The notes under the pieces were generated by a model. It did no database searches. It saw only the letters and a list, made by a program, of their open reading frames with translations, and was not told the origin of the DNA. The position numbers and the translations under genes are program-made. A stretch of DNA of 64,000 nt from the NCBI RefSeq assembly GCF_006345805.1, contig NC_043013.1, forward strand, positions 28,892,001-28,956,000, written 5' to 3'. This document shows positions 51,127 through 64,000 of this stretch, in pieces. Position 1 is the first letter of the stretch. Every line of letters begins with the position of its first letter. The DNA is from Octopus sinensis (taxonomy: Eukaryota).

Positions 51127-51519
51127 GCCTAATCTTCCATGTAATTGCTTCAACCTTTGACAGAAGGCCAACAATTTTAGTGGGAAAAGGTCATTCGATT
51201 TCATTGACCTTTGTTCTTAATAGGTAATTTATTTTATTGACCCCCAAAAGATAAAAGGCAAAGTTTACCGCAGTGGGATTTGAACTCGAAACGTGGAAGA
51301 GCCAGAAGAAATACCCCTTGTGTGCAAACGATTAGCCACCTCACTGTTTTTATACGATAAAAAAAACATTGTAACCTTAAGGTTTGATAATGCTCTTGTA
51401 ATCTTTCGGGCATTGTGCCTAGAGTAGAAAAGAATGCTCTTGTAATCTTGTCTTTCTCTGATTTTAGCATTCCTTTTTGAAATTCCATCTAATCTAGAAG
51501 CCTGTCTGTTTTTCTTTTT

Positions 51520-52120
51520 TTAATTGCTCATTAGCTGTTGTTATTTAATGAAATATCTGTCATCGACATATATTTCATATACATTCACTCCCAGCTCTTC
51601 TTGTAGTTCAGAAATTATTAGAGAAATTCCATTAAATTCCTTGTCTGTACGAAAACGATTGCAAAGGCTCAAAACGAATATTTTGTTGCTGGTTCTTCAT
51701 AGTTTACTTTTTAAAAAATCAACCAAACTGTATTTACACACTGCCGCTAAAGAGCCACTTTTTCTTGTCATGCAGTTCAGTTTTTCATGACTTGAGTCAC
51801 AAGACTGTTTGTTCAACTTGGTCTCAAAACTTTTTGAACTAAAATTTCGTCTAGCGCAGGCAAAATGTAAAACTCTAAACGAACTTTAGATATTTGGGAC
51901 ATATTTGGACCTGAAATAGCTTTTTCATTGCAATTTGCCGTGGAGAACACATTCTCGCTTTAGGTAAAAAGGTGTAAGAGCGCCTATTGTAAACTGATAA
52001 AAGCATGTCTAGCTTCTGAGCCGTCTTCAGTATAGCTGTGATTTTGAATATAAAAGCGCAAATCGCTAAATCTGAGCTTGCAAAATACCTAGCAGGGGGA
52101 AATATGAGAGTCACTATATA
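51520..52120 (-). pseudogene. Possible very decayed hAT-like transposase fragment
   Basis: Weak motifs only (LKRECV.., FRTDKEFNGI..ELQEELGV); no intact frame. Confidence 0.25.
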
Positions 52121-52496
52121 TACTTGAAACTGAAAAGATGTTGAAGTGATATCTTACATTATTCGATACAGCATTTCCTTTCTTTTATATTTTCATTCTT
52201 TTTCTGGTTACAGTGATCGGACCTGCCATGCTGGAGCACATCCTGCATAAAATTAGTCAATCATTTTGACTCCAGTTCTTATTTTTAAAATTGGGTTATG
52301 ATTTCGTCACTCTCTTTTTGTCGAACCTCTAATTTACAGGACTTAAACTAACATACACGCGCTAGCATAGCTGGAGGCAGGGGCGGTCCGCTCCGGGCGG
52401 CATTTTTAAAGGGGTGCTACCTTTGGGTCTGCTGTAGGCAATATATATACTCAATTATTAACAAGCATTTGTAAAAACTTGTTAGTGGAAGCTCGT

Positions 52497-52585
<89 letters not shown>

Positions 52586-53311
52586 TTGTTTGTCTGTCTG
52601 TCTGTCTGTCTGTGTGCGTATCTTTGTACTTGTGTTTGTCACCCTTCCCACCGCCGCTGGACAACCGGTGTTGGTTTGTCTACGTCCTCATAACTTAGCA
52701 GTTTGGCGAAAGGAACGATAAAATTAATAGCAGATTTTAAAATTACTCCCGGAGGTCGCTCTGTTTGATTAAAACACTTCAAGGCTGTGCCCCAGTATGG
52801 CCGCAGTCCAATAGCTGTAAGTGTTTATTTAACACAACTGAAGGAATTTTATGACTTAGTCTAAGCTCAGTACCAAAATGCCATTACGTCACGGTAATAT
52901 CAGATTTTTGTCAATGTTGCCAACAATTAAAGAAATTCTTCACATTCTTGTTGTCTTGAAATCTGACTTTTACTTCGGAAGACACAGACTGGGATTTGTA
53001 GGACAGTTTTCTCTCTCTTTTCCTGTTTTATTTTTTTAAAAAATATATTTTTGAGAAATGTATTTCAGGGATGGTTGTGTGGTTAAGAAGCTCACTTTGT
53101 AAAGTCGTGTTTCCAGTTCAATTCCACTGCGCGGCACTTTGGACAAGTGTCTTTAATTAAAGTCCCTCGCCGAGATTAATGTCGTGTGAGTCAATTTGGT
53201 AGACAAAAACTGTGAAACATATGCACACGTGGACACACACACACGCACGCACGCACACACACACACACACACACACACATCCGGTTTCTGTGGAGTATGT
53301 ATATTCCCCAA

Positions 53312-53487
53312 AGCTAGCGTAGCTAGAGTGTGGGCCGCCCGGGGTGCTCCTCCTGTTTGCCGCCTTCGGACCCCACAAAAAACCGCATATTGCCTACAGC
53401 AGACCCAAAAGTATCGTCCCTTTAAAAGTGCCACCCGGGGCAGACCGCCCCTACGACCCTTCACCTACCCCCCTAGTTAAGCTAGTG
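53312..53487. mobile_element. GC-rich MITE; a partial inverted copy lies at 52361-52445
   Basis: TIR GCTAGCGTAGCTAG / CTAGTTAAGCTAGT. atattgcctacagcagacccaaa is the reverse complement of about 52422-52444. Confidence 0.65.
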
Positions 53488-54737
53488 TTCCCTGCCTGGA
53501 TGCGACCCCGGTCCGTCACAAGTTTTCTCATTTTTGCCAGCTGTGTGTACTGAAATGAAGTGTTTTGCAGAAAAAACACAATGCATCGTCCAGGTCAGGA
53601 ATCGAAACCAAGATCTTACGATCATGTGTGTGCATGTGAGTTTGTATTTCATTATACAAAGGCCTTAACTTTTACCATTTTTTAATCTTTTACTTGTTTC
53701 AGTCACTGGACTGAAACTATGCTGGAGCACCGCCTCGAAGGGTTTAGTCTAGGTGTCATAAACTACCGGATCTGGCTCACGAAATCAGTTCATCTGGACC
53801 GCCACCGCCGCACTGTACTTTTTGTGTAAATACCTCTGGTATGGCACCATTTGCCTCTGGTATGGTATCAGTGTTTGGAAAAACTTATGTCTGTGAGCAA
53901 ACATTTTCAATAATGAAGTATATGAAGTCAACACGCCGAACGAGGTTATAGGCGCAGGAGTGGCTGTGTGGTAAGTGACTTACTTACCAACCACATGGTT
54001 CCGGGTTCATTCCCACTGCGTGGCACCATGGGCAAGTGTCTTCAACTATAGTCTCGGGCCGACCAAAGCCTTGTGAGTGGATTTAGTAGACGGAAACTGA
54101 AAGAAGCCCGTCGTATATATGTATATATATATGTGTGTGTGTATATGTTTGTATGTCTGTGTTTGTACCCCCAACATCGCTTGACAACCGATGCTGGTGT
54201 GTTTACGTCCCCGTAACTTTGCGGTTCGTCAAAAGAGATGGGCCCATGGCTATAGTAGAAGACACTTGTCCAAGCCTCCAGCAGGGGGTGGTGATCCCTG
54301 CTGTACTCTTTCACCACTCTTTCTCCCACTCTTTCTTCTGTTGGCCTGCTCGCTTAGCCAGCATGGTGGCGTCATTCGAAGGCTAAAACAATGCGAACGC
54401 ATTGTGACCAGCGATGTGTAACTACATCTGATGGACTGGTCGGTCACGTGATATATGTCAGTGAGCAAACATGGGACTGAATCCAGAATCATGTGGTTGG
54501 GAAGCAAAAATTTCTTAGCACACAGTCAAGCCTTCGCATTTGTATTTCAATAAGCAAAAACCTTGCTGAGAATACTTGAAGAAAATGGTGAAAGTATTGT
54601 AAAAGTGAAGAAAGATTTGAAAAGTTTCTAAAAAAGTGTCTTTGATTGGTTCCTGTAGGAAGTACCTTGGTTACGATCTTAACTCATATTGGCCCCGGTT
54701 TTATCTTTGAAAATTATAATCCTGCTTGAGAAACTGT

Positions 54738-54905
54738 CAGTAACGTAGCTGACGAGAAGTGTCCGCCCCGAGCGATGCTTTTAGGAGGTGCGTAGGTTGG
54801 TGGGTATAAGTCAGTGTTGACTTATGGGTCTCCAAGCTTGGAGACCCAAGCTGGGGGTGACAAATCTAATGGCTGCCCCGGTGGCTCACTCTAACTACGC
54901 CACTG
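54738..54905. mobile_element. hAT-like MITE
   Basis: CAGTAACGTAG ... CTACGCCACTG; 8-bp TSD gaaactgt/gaaactgc. Confidence 0.78.
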
Positions 54906-55680
54906 GAAACTGCATTATATAAATTGTTATCATTTTATATGAGGCGTATAGTGTGTTTATAAAGCTTCATAAGTTTATTTAATTACGTTTGTTTAATCAT
55001 TAATTTATTTAGTTCGTATACAAGACATCTGATGATATTATATGCAAGTCGTATAGTATGTGTTTATAAAGCTACCTATAATATTATTTGTTTAATTACG
55101 TTATCTGGTAATTATTAGAAATCTGATATTTTCCTGTAATTTTTTTCTTTACAAAATCGTGACTTTATTTCCGTTCACCATGATATCAATCCAAACGTAG
55201 ATGAAACTACGAAGAAATTTTAAAAAGATACATTATAATTAAATGCGGAAAATCATTTAGTCATTTAGCCACGCATTCTTCCGTTTTTACCATTCCATTT
55301 ATTTTTAAAGATAACGTTTCTCCACCTCCCTCAGTTATTTGGCAGAATAAGAGTGGGAAGGATTTTGCTTGTATGGTTGCAGCCGGGCACGTGACTACGT
55401 AGGATCTCTGTTTACCCCGTGTGATATTGTTGTTGTTTAGCCTTCACTGAACCGACTTGTAATTAAAGGTATTCCAACCATGACCATTACAACTTTTTTA
55501 ACGATATTTGAAACTAATTTATCTATTATGTCCTTCCCTTTTGTACGATGGTTATGTGTGGTTTAAAAGAAGTTTGGCTACTGTTTCTAGCAGTCCGAGG
55601 GACACGAAGACTGCCTTGTTAGAATGTTGTTTTTCTGCCAGGACTGGTCCCAGGGTTGTTGGTGCTCCGAGCAAATATAT

Positions 55681-56345
55681 CATCATCATCATCATCATCA
55701 TCGTTTAACGTCCGTTTTCCATGCTAGCATGGGTTGGACGATTTGACAAAGGATTGGTGAACCGGATGGCTGCATCAGGCTCTAATCTGATCTGGCAGAG
55801 TTTCTACAGCTGGATGCCCTTCCTAACGCCAACCACTCTGAGAGTGTAGTGGGTGCTTTTACATGACACTGGCATGAGGGCCAGTCAGGCGGTACTGACA
55901 ACGGCCACGTTAAAGTGGTGTTTTTTACGTGCCACCTGCACAGGAGCCAGTCCAGTGGTACTGGTAACGACCTCGCTTGAATGTTTTTCATGTACCACTG
56001 GCACAAGTGCCAGTAAGGCGGTGCTGGTAACGATCACGCTCGAATGGTGTCACTGGTATGGAAGGCAGTCAGCTGCTCTGGCAGTGGTCATGCTCGGATG
56101 GTGCTCTTAGCACTCCACTGGCACGGGTGCGAGTCGTCGAATTTGCGAATTCGATTTGATTTCAATTTCACTTGCCTCAACAGGTCTTCACAAGCAGAGT
56201 TTAGTGTCCAATGTAGGAAAGGTACGCATAAGTGGGCTGGTTACACCCCTGGCATAGGCCACAGGTTATGGTCTCACTTGGCTTGCCGGGTTTTCTCACG
56301 CACTGCATATTTCCATAGGTCTTGGTCACTACTCATTGCCTTGGT
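55681..56345 (-). mobile_element. Longer copy of the RTE-tailed SINE with diverged internal repeats
   Basis: (CAT)n tail, four to five diverged 55-62-bp units, then a cacttgcctcaacaggtcttcacaag segment shared with 2640-2750. Confidence 0.8.
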
Positions 56346-56760
56346 AAGCACTGCTACTACTAATGGAAGTGTGTGCACAGTAAGAGAAACTACGTTAATT
56401 AATGAACTTCATTTGGTCACATTCCATGAGAGTGTCTTGCTCAGCCTATGAACATTTCAGTCAACCCTCATAATGATAAAAATTATTTTTACACCTGCAT
56501 TTGGTTTTAATGTTAACATTGAAAAAATTCATATTTTTCATTAAAAAATTAGGACCTCGGTTTGCACCCACTAAGAAAATTTTGTTGCTGGACCACTACC
56601 TGCACCTGTGTTTACTAAGCACAAACTGCTTTCTAGACCAGTCTAAAATGCTCTTTGAGGCAAACAAAAGAGCCTCTGCATGGTCGTTCAACCAGTTAGA
56701 AATGGCAGCTAAATCTCCCTCATATCGTACCTTACTATCTTAATTAAGGAAAGGACTTAA

Positions 56761-56979
56761 CCCTTTAGTATTTAAACCGGCCATATCCGGCCAAAATATT
56801 TAATCTGTTTTATGTTCAAACTGACCAGATCCAGGCTCTCACACCTACCCTACAATGTTATTCTACATTAGGTAATTACACCATCAAGATCTTGAAGGTA
56901 TGAGATAATGCATGATTAATTAAAATCAATGTGAATCAATAAGCACTATGTTTGATAGAATAATCAGAACACTAAAGGG
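56761..56979. mobile_element. piggyBac-like MITE, uninterrupted copy
   Basis: TTAA-CCCTTTAGT ... ACTAAAGGG-TTAA. Confidence 0.85.
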
Positions 56980-57357
56980 TTAAACAGCAGTATTAAGTCC
57001 AAAAGGATCAAAATAACAACAATACAAATTAATTTCTGAAAAAGTTGTAGGTTTTTTTTTTTTCCAGCTGAATGATTTCTTTTTCTCTTAGGAAAACCAC
57101 TCAACCATGAGACAGTTGACACCCACTTCTGATTTCCCTTCACTAAAGCAAATAGATTAATGGACTTTCAAAATATGACCTCTCTCTTAGTAAGTTCAGC
57201 ACTTTAACTCTTCAACGTCTCCTTGTTCTTGTTACTTATTTTGTGGATTCCTTCTCCTATCTATCTATCTATCTGTCTGTCTGTCTGTCTCTATCTATCT
57301 ATCTATCTGGATCTGTCTGTCTGTCTGTCTGCATACCTGCTTATCTGTCTGTCAGTC

Positions 57358-57408
<51 letters not shown>

Positions 57409-57527
57409 GTCTATATCTATCTATCTATCCATCCATCCATTTATCTGTCTGTCTGTCTGTATCTATCTGTCTATGTATGTTTATTCTTGCCAGCATGGAA
57501 GGTGGATGTTAAACGATGATATATGTT

Positions 57528-57558
<31 letters not shown>

Positions 57559-60356
57559 GTGTTATTGTATTTGACAAGATATCTCAAAAACCGCTGAATG
57601 GATTCAAATGAAACTTTCAGGGATGTTTGGCCTCTTGACTGGCAGGAACTGATTAAATTTTGGGATCGATCTGGTGTCGGACAAGGATTCTGGATCATTT
57701 TTTCCCTTTTTTTTTAATTTTATATTTGAGAGCGGCCAGGTATATTTTTAGTATTCTCGTTTGTGAGATCAGTCGAGTTTATTTCAGATATTCTCATTTT
57801 AAAAATCATCTCTGACTAATCATTGATAGGACATTGGTGTTGCCTTGGTCGAGGTTTGCACTCTCTGAGTGTTCTTGTTGCGTTTTGTTATGTGCATGAT
57901 CCCTCAGTGCATTGATTAAGTCTCGCATGAAACTGATCTGTGGTGAGAAAAGTGCCAGGGACCTGCTACTCTGTATGATAACTTGACCTACTAGAAATAG
58001 CAGCAAAATCTCACTCGAATCCAAGACTAGGATGGTCATAGCTGATGTATTATTGATTATAAGTGTTGTTCAGTCAAGGTTGACCTGTGGCTGGGACTAA
58101 ATAAAAATCAAAAAAAAAATCAATGAAACAAACAAACAAACAAACATATATGTATATAAATAAATAAGCTAACAAGCATGACTGTTTTATGACTGTTTTT
58201 TGTGTTCTTTGTTATTGGAAATTGAGAGTTCATAAGGTTTGTAGAATACAAGAGAGGTGGGGGAGGGAGAGGAGAAGGGAAGAAGAGAATGATATGGAGG
58301 GAAAAGAAAGAAAGAAAGAGAAAGAGAAAAGGTAATAAATCCTGATTTATTAATTCTGATTTCATATAAGTTGAATTGACGAATAATGGTAAAAATCAAA
58401 GAAGTTACTTTTAGACAGTGAATTCAAGCAGAGCTTTATATGATCGCTTTCTCCTCCCTCCCACACACACTCTTTCTCTCTCTCTCTTTCTTCCTTTCTT
58501 TCTCACTCTCTCCCTCTCTCTCATGCACACACTCACACATAGACATAAACACGCAGACATGCACGCACACACAGAGACACACACACACACATGCTCATGC
58601 AGGTGTGGTTGTGTGCATGGGTGTGAGTATATCTATTTCATCACTTGTTTCAGTCATTTGGCTGTAGCCATGCTGGAGCACTGCCTTAAAGGGTTATAGT
58701 CGGAAAAATTATCCCCCAGGATTTATTGTTTGTAAGCCTAGTACTTATTCTGTCGGTCTCTTTTGCTGAGCCACTAACTTATGGGGACATGAACAAACCA
58801 GCATTGGTTGTCAAGCAATGGCAGGAAGGGGGACAAATATAGACTCACTCACATAAATATAAATATACATACATACATACATACATACATACATACATCT
58901 ACTATATATTTGTGAAAAGGTTCTGACATCTCGCAAGCAGTTGTGCAGGCAAAAGTGTTAGTAAATGTGGTTGGATTGACCTACTGGGGAGTTTGCATGG
59001 TAACTTTGAGTTTGCTCAATTGAAAGGCGTGGCCTCTAGGGCAAAATTCCTCATCTTTAAAATGTGGCCCGAGAAGACCCGAATGAAATCAGGTTATAAT
59101 ACTAGTATATATATAAATGAGGAACAGATAGACAGCCGACAACTGATGAAGGGTCGTTCTGTATATTACTTGTCCTGTTTTCCATTTTTTCTCTCGTTGT
59201 TTGCTCATTTAACTCATTTGTTTTCGTATTTCATGTTGTTTACTGTTGGTGACATCCTGTACCCATATATGCATATATATAGATACATATATAAGTGTGT
59301 GTATATAAATATACATATATTTTTATATATATATATATATAATATATATATATATACATACACACATATGAGAAGAAAATAGATGTAAATAATAAGGAGA
59401 AATTCGTCGTTTTTGCTGGTATGTCCTTAATTTAATTAATTAACAAAGAAGAAGGTAGCATTCATGATCATTTCAATTTAATAGTTTTAGTAAACATCTT
59501 CAGAATCTGAAAAATGAATTGATAAATCTGTAATGATAGTAAAGTCAAAATTTGGTAGTCTTACATTATATTATGTTCTTAAGTTGATTATCCCGCTGGG
59601 GAGTGGATTTCATTGTAGTAGATTGGTTAGTTTATGGTTCCATGTGCGTGTGTGTGTGTGTGTATGTGTGTATAGACACCCCTTCAAGAACATGTCCTGC
59701 TCCTTTCCCTCTTTCATACTTTAACTTCTCATCCTTGAGTTTAAAGCTGATCCCTACATCCCCTGGGGCTTGTAGTACCGTGTGCTGCATGGTGATCTCA
59801 GTAGTACTGGTGAAAGGGAAAGAGCACCCAGTGCGCTCTGTAAAGCAGTCGGTGTTAGGAAGGGCATCCAGATGTAGAACCTAAGCCAAAGCAGACACTG
59901 CAGCCCAATGCACTCCCTGGGCCCATTGGAATTTATCAAACTATCCAACCTGGGACAGGAAATGATGATGCAATTATATAGATTCAGAAATGTTACTACA
60001 CGTGAGCCATTGGCAATTTCCTTTCTTCTTCTTTGGACTTTTCCCTTTCTCATTTCCGACGAAGAGCCATGGTCAAAATGTTAAAAACTCTCTGCTTTCA
60101 CCGAGCAGTAAATCAACATAATTCTTGTGCATGTCCTCACCATTTTACTCTTTTGCTCTTTTATTTACTTCAGTTGTTTGGCACAAGCCATGCTGGAGCA
60201 CTGCCTCTAGTTGAACAAATTAACCCCAGAACTTATTCTTTGTTAGCCTAGTACTTATTCTATCTCTTGCTGAACTGCTAAACACACCAGCATTGGTTGT
60301 CAAGCAATGGGGGTGATGGTGGTGGGGAAACACACAAACACACACACATGTATATA

Positions 60357-60393
<37 letters not shown>

Positions 60394-60734
60394 CAAGAAA
60401 AACAACAAAAATGACAAAAGGCGGCAAGCTGGCTGAAACGTTAGCACACCGGGCGAAATACTTAGTGGTATTTTGTCTGTCTTTCTGTTCTGAGTTCAAA
60501 TTCCATAGAGATTGACTTTGCCTTTCATCCTTTCGGGGTTGATAAATTAGGTACCAGCTGCATACTGGGGTCGATCTAATCGACTCGTCCCCTCCCCCCA
60601 AATTTCAGGCCTTGTGCTTAGAGTAAAAAAGAAAATTGACAATAGCAAGATTCCACCTTCTAATCAATGGTATATTGATCAATGAAAAGGTAAGTATCTT
60701 TTGTCACTTCACTTGCTTTCTTTGTACATTAAAT

Positions 60735-61126
60735 GCATATATATGTGTGTTAATATATATATATGTGTATATATATATATGTGTGTGTGTGTATAAATGT
60801 ATATATACATATGTACATATCTATATGTATATATTTATGTATATACATATGTATATATATATGTATGTGTGTTTATATATATATATATACATACACATAC
60901 ACGCGCACACATATATATGTATACATATACATATACACACACATATATGTATATACATATATGTGTGCGTATATATATATATGTGTGTATATGTATGTGT
61001 ATATATATATATGTGTGTGTGTTTGTATGTATATGTATATACATATATATATACATACATGCATACATGAATACATACATATACATATGTACATATGTAT
61101 ATATACATTTATATATACATATATGC

Positions 61127-61165
<39 letters not shown>

Positions 61166-61300
61166 TACACACATAAGTGTATGCATCTGTGTGTGTGTGT
61201 GAATATATATATATATATATAACATACATATATACATATATATATACATATATATACACACACATATATATATATATATAATATATATATATATATATTC
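60735..61300. repeat. Compound (TA)/(TG)/(CA) microsatellite field; similar fields at 300-800, 11857-12385 and 46690-46915
   Basis: Visible directly; explains the overlapping YI/CV/HT ORFs. Confidence 0.95.
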
Positions 61301-62464
61301 TCAGAGAGAGAAATAAAAACCTACATAGTTGCTACAAAAAGTCTGAAAGCTTATCAAAACGAGATGAGATTGTAGAATGAAAAGCTAGTAGCTATATACA
61401 ATGCAAACAAAGTATATCTTTGATGCGATTCTTTTGTGTTAATTTTTTTCTAAAAAGTTGTCTACTTGTGATGCATGCCTGAGGTGTGGGCGAGGTAAAT
61501 TTCCATTAAAACAAGAAATATAATGATTTGACTTTTTTTTTGTGTTTTTTGTGTGTGTTTTTTTTTTTTTTGCTTTCCTGCCCACCCACCCATCGTCAGT
61601 TCTCTTCTAAGCACAGCAACTCAAATGTATACAAATGAGAGAAGAGGAGGAGGAGATGAGGAGGAAGAGGAGGAGGGGCTATATAATTGTCGTTAGCATT
61701 TATCTGTGACGTGAAGGGATTTCCATTGCTAATTGAAGTCAGATTGTAGGCTTCAATTGCTGTCTATCATCTTATTGTTTGCTATCTCTATAACACCAAC
61801 ATCAAGACAGTTGGTTGTTTCTGCTGAGAATTGAAACAATACTGCAGACTTCATTTGCTGGTATAATGATGTAAAATGGTTTCTGCTGGGGACTGAAACT
61901 GAATAACAAATATTTGCTGTTGGTCATCTTATTGCCACATTCAAGAGGATGATGATGATGAAGCATCCTTCTTGAACCCCATAGACTCATAAGGGACAGT
62001 TTCCCAGTTTCTGTGGTGTGTATATATTTACCCCTGGATGGGATGCCAGTGTTTCACAGGGTTACTTGCTTTTGCCAGCTGAGTGGACTGTAGCAATGTG
62101 AAATGATGTGTTTTGCTCAAGAACACAATGTGTTGCCCTATCCAAGAATTGAAACCACAATCTTATGATTCGTGAGTCTAACACCTTAACCACTATGTCA
62201 CATGCCATTGGAAGAATAACATGCAATTCTGTTCAGTAAAGAAAATGGTTGGAGGCCTTAGGAACACTGATGACCCCAATCTACTCTCAAACATGGAACA
62301 AACAAAATAGGTTGCTCCTGTCCCATACTTAGGACCCCAACATTTTAATGTAAAGTGATTTCCTCTGAGAAATGCATTTTATTTGCTGTGCTTGGAGAAA
62401 GTGACTGTGCTCATGGCCTTTTTATGTACTCTGACACCAGTGAGATTAATACTGTTCTGTTTAA

Positions 62465-63141
62465 CCATTTTGAAGCAAATCTGCCTGAGACTATCTCTGG
62501 TCCTATGATACAAACTTCCTGTTCTAAAGTAATCTAGATTAAAACAGTCCTTCCAAATTTCATGTGAACATCAGCTTAATGATGACAAACACAAGCTTAA
62601 TGAAACTCTTTACTCTTTTTTTACTCTTTTACTTGTTTCAGTCATTTGACTGCGGCCATGCTGGAGCACCAACTTTGGTCAAGCAAATCGATCCCAGGAC
62701 TTATTCTTTGTAAGCCTAGTACTTATTCTATTGGTCTCTTTTGCCGAGTTGCTAAGTTATGGGGATGTAAACACACCAGCATCGGTTGTCAAGCGATGCT
62801 GGGGGGACAAACACAGATACACAACACACACACACACACACACAGACACACACACACACACACACACACTCACACACATATACTTATATATGATGGACTT
62901 CTTTCAGTTTCTGTCTACCAAATCCACTCACAAGGCTTTGGTTGGCCCGAGTAGAAGACACTTGCTCAAGGTGTCACGCAGTGGGACTGAACCTGGAACC
63001 ATGTGGTTTGTAAGCAAGCTACTTACCACACAGCCACTCCTACGCCTATGATGACAAAATTATTTTAACATTCTTCCTTATTTTCAGAATAAATAGAAAA
63101 CAGAGGGAGTGTATTTCAACAGAAATATGGTAAGAAAAGGG
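62465..63141. mobile_element. piggyBac-like MITE with a nested family-1 SINE
   Basis: TTAA-CCATTTT ... AAAAGGG-TTAA; body related to 5570-5783; SINE at about 62610-63046. Confidence 0.7.
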
Positions 63142-63558
63142 TTAAAGTGTTGCAAGTTGACCTCTGCAGGGAAGACATGACTAATGAAAGATTGCAGAGG
63201 GATGATTTTTTTGGGAAGGAAGTAAGGCCTGGTTACAATGGTTAGTTTTGATCTGGTGGCTGGACGTGACAATGGTGATGAGAAGTGGAATGATGAGTAG
63301 GTTGGGAGTACCTAAGTGGAAAAGGTACAAGCCAAACCAGCATCAAAGAATGAAAGCTTTTATAATAACAAAAGAAAAGGCGGAGAGAGAGAGAGAGAGA
63401 AGCAACAGCAATCTTGTGGGTCAGAAGCTGGAAGATGTCTGTGTCTGATGTAATAACAATCAGAGATATGGTCCATCTGCAGATGTACATCAGCAGCAGC
63501 AGCAGCTTCCTAAACGTGTAAGCAGATCTTCATATTGTGTCTAACTTGACCTTTGTAG

Positions 63559-64000
63559 AATACCTATTTCTTTACTACCCACAAGGGGCTAAACACAGAG
63601 AGGACAAACAAGGACAGACAAACGGATGAAGTCGATTATATCGACCCCAGTGCATAACTGGTACTTATTTAATCGACCCCGAAAGGATGAAAGGCAAAGT
63701 CGACCTCGCCGGAATTTGAACTCAGACAGTTCGGCAGACGAAATACCTATTTCTTTACTACCCACACAGAGAGGACAAACAAGGACAGACAAACGGATTA
63801 AGTCGATTATATTGATCCCAGTGCGTAACTGATACTTATTTAATCGACCCCGAAAAGATGAAAGGCAAAGTCGACCTCGCCAGAATTTTAACTCAGACAG
63901 TTCGGCAGACGAAATACCTATTTCTTTACTATCCACAAGGGGCTAAAAACTGAAGGGACAAACAAGGACAGACAAACGGATGAAGTCGATTATATCGACC
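63559..64000 (-). repeat. Head-to-tail array of family-2 SINE 3' portions, running off the window end
   Basis: Units start with aatacctatttctttact at about 63559, 63742 and 63914. Confidence 0.88.

Noticed and set aside
57091-57189. Segment bounded by a good acceptor (ttctcttAG) and a GTAAGT donor
   Set aside because: Stops in all three frames; a non-coding exon cannot be supported without RNA data.
59076-59156. GACCC-GAA ... CTGATGA-A-GGGTC as a circularly permuted (type II) hammerhead
   Set aside because: GAAA is incomplete and I could not build stems I and III; may be a decayed repeat.
60640-60695. Strong donor AAG|GTAAGT
   Set aside because: No convincing acceptor or recognisable peptide; directly abuts a SINE.

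Overview
AT-rich, microsatellite- and transposon-dense eukaryotic DNA. The SINE and MITE families resemble those of a coleoid cephalopod, most likely Octopus; this is recognition from memory, not a database search. The only host gene segment I can support is the 40-codon terminal exon of an AARSD1 (alanyl-tRNA editing, AlaX) ortholog at 16559-16682 (+). The ORF track misses it, and the sequence upstream is probably its very long last intron. The rest is mobile and repetitive DNA: a nearly intact CR1 LINE plus a second 3' copy, two RTE-clade LINEs, an R4/Dong 3' fragment, at least four SINE families, piggyBac-, hAT- and pogo-like MITEs, a Helentron-type element, a decayed hAT transposase and many simple repeats. 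Almost all other listed ORFs are translations of repeats. The most interesting signal is a set of short non-coding elements carrying minimal, Penelope-type hammerhead ribozyme (HHR) motifs. The best case is a tRNA-headed (Pol III-like) SINE ending in a minimal type I HHR (30413-30666), which has an inverted twin. Three unrelated mini-elements carry variant HHR-like cores (4638-4677, 34240-34343, 59460-59506). Clear rearrangement footprints are also visible: a 256-bp templated inverted insertion with microhomologies, a 501-bp unequal-crossover duplication, and SINE-derived tandem arrays. All coordinates were read by eye and may be off by a few bases.
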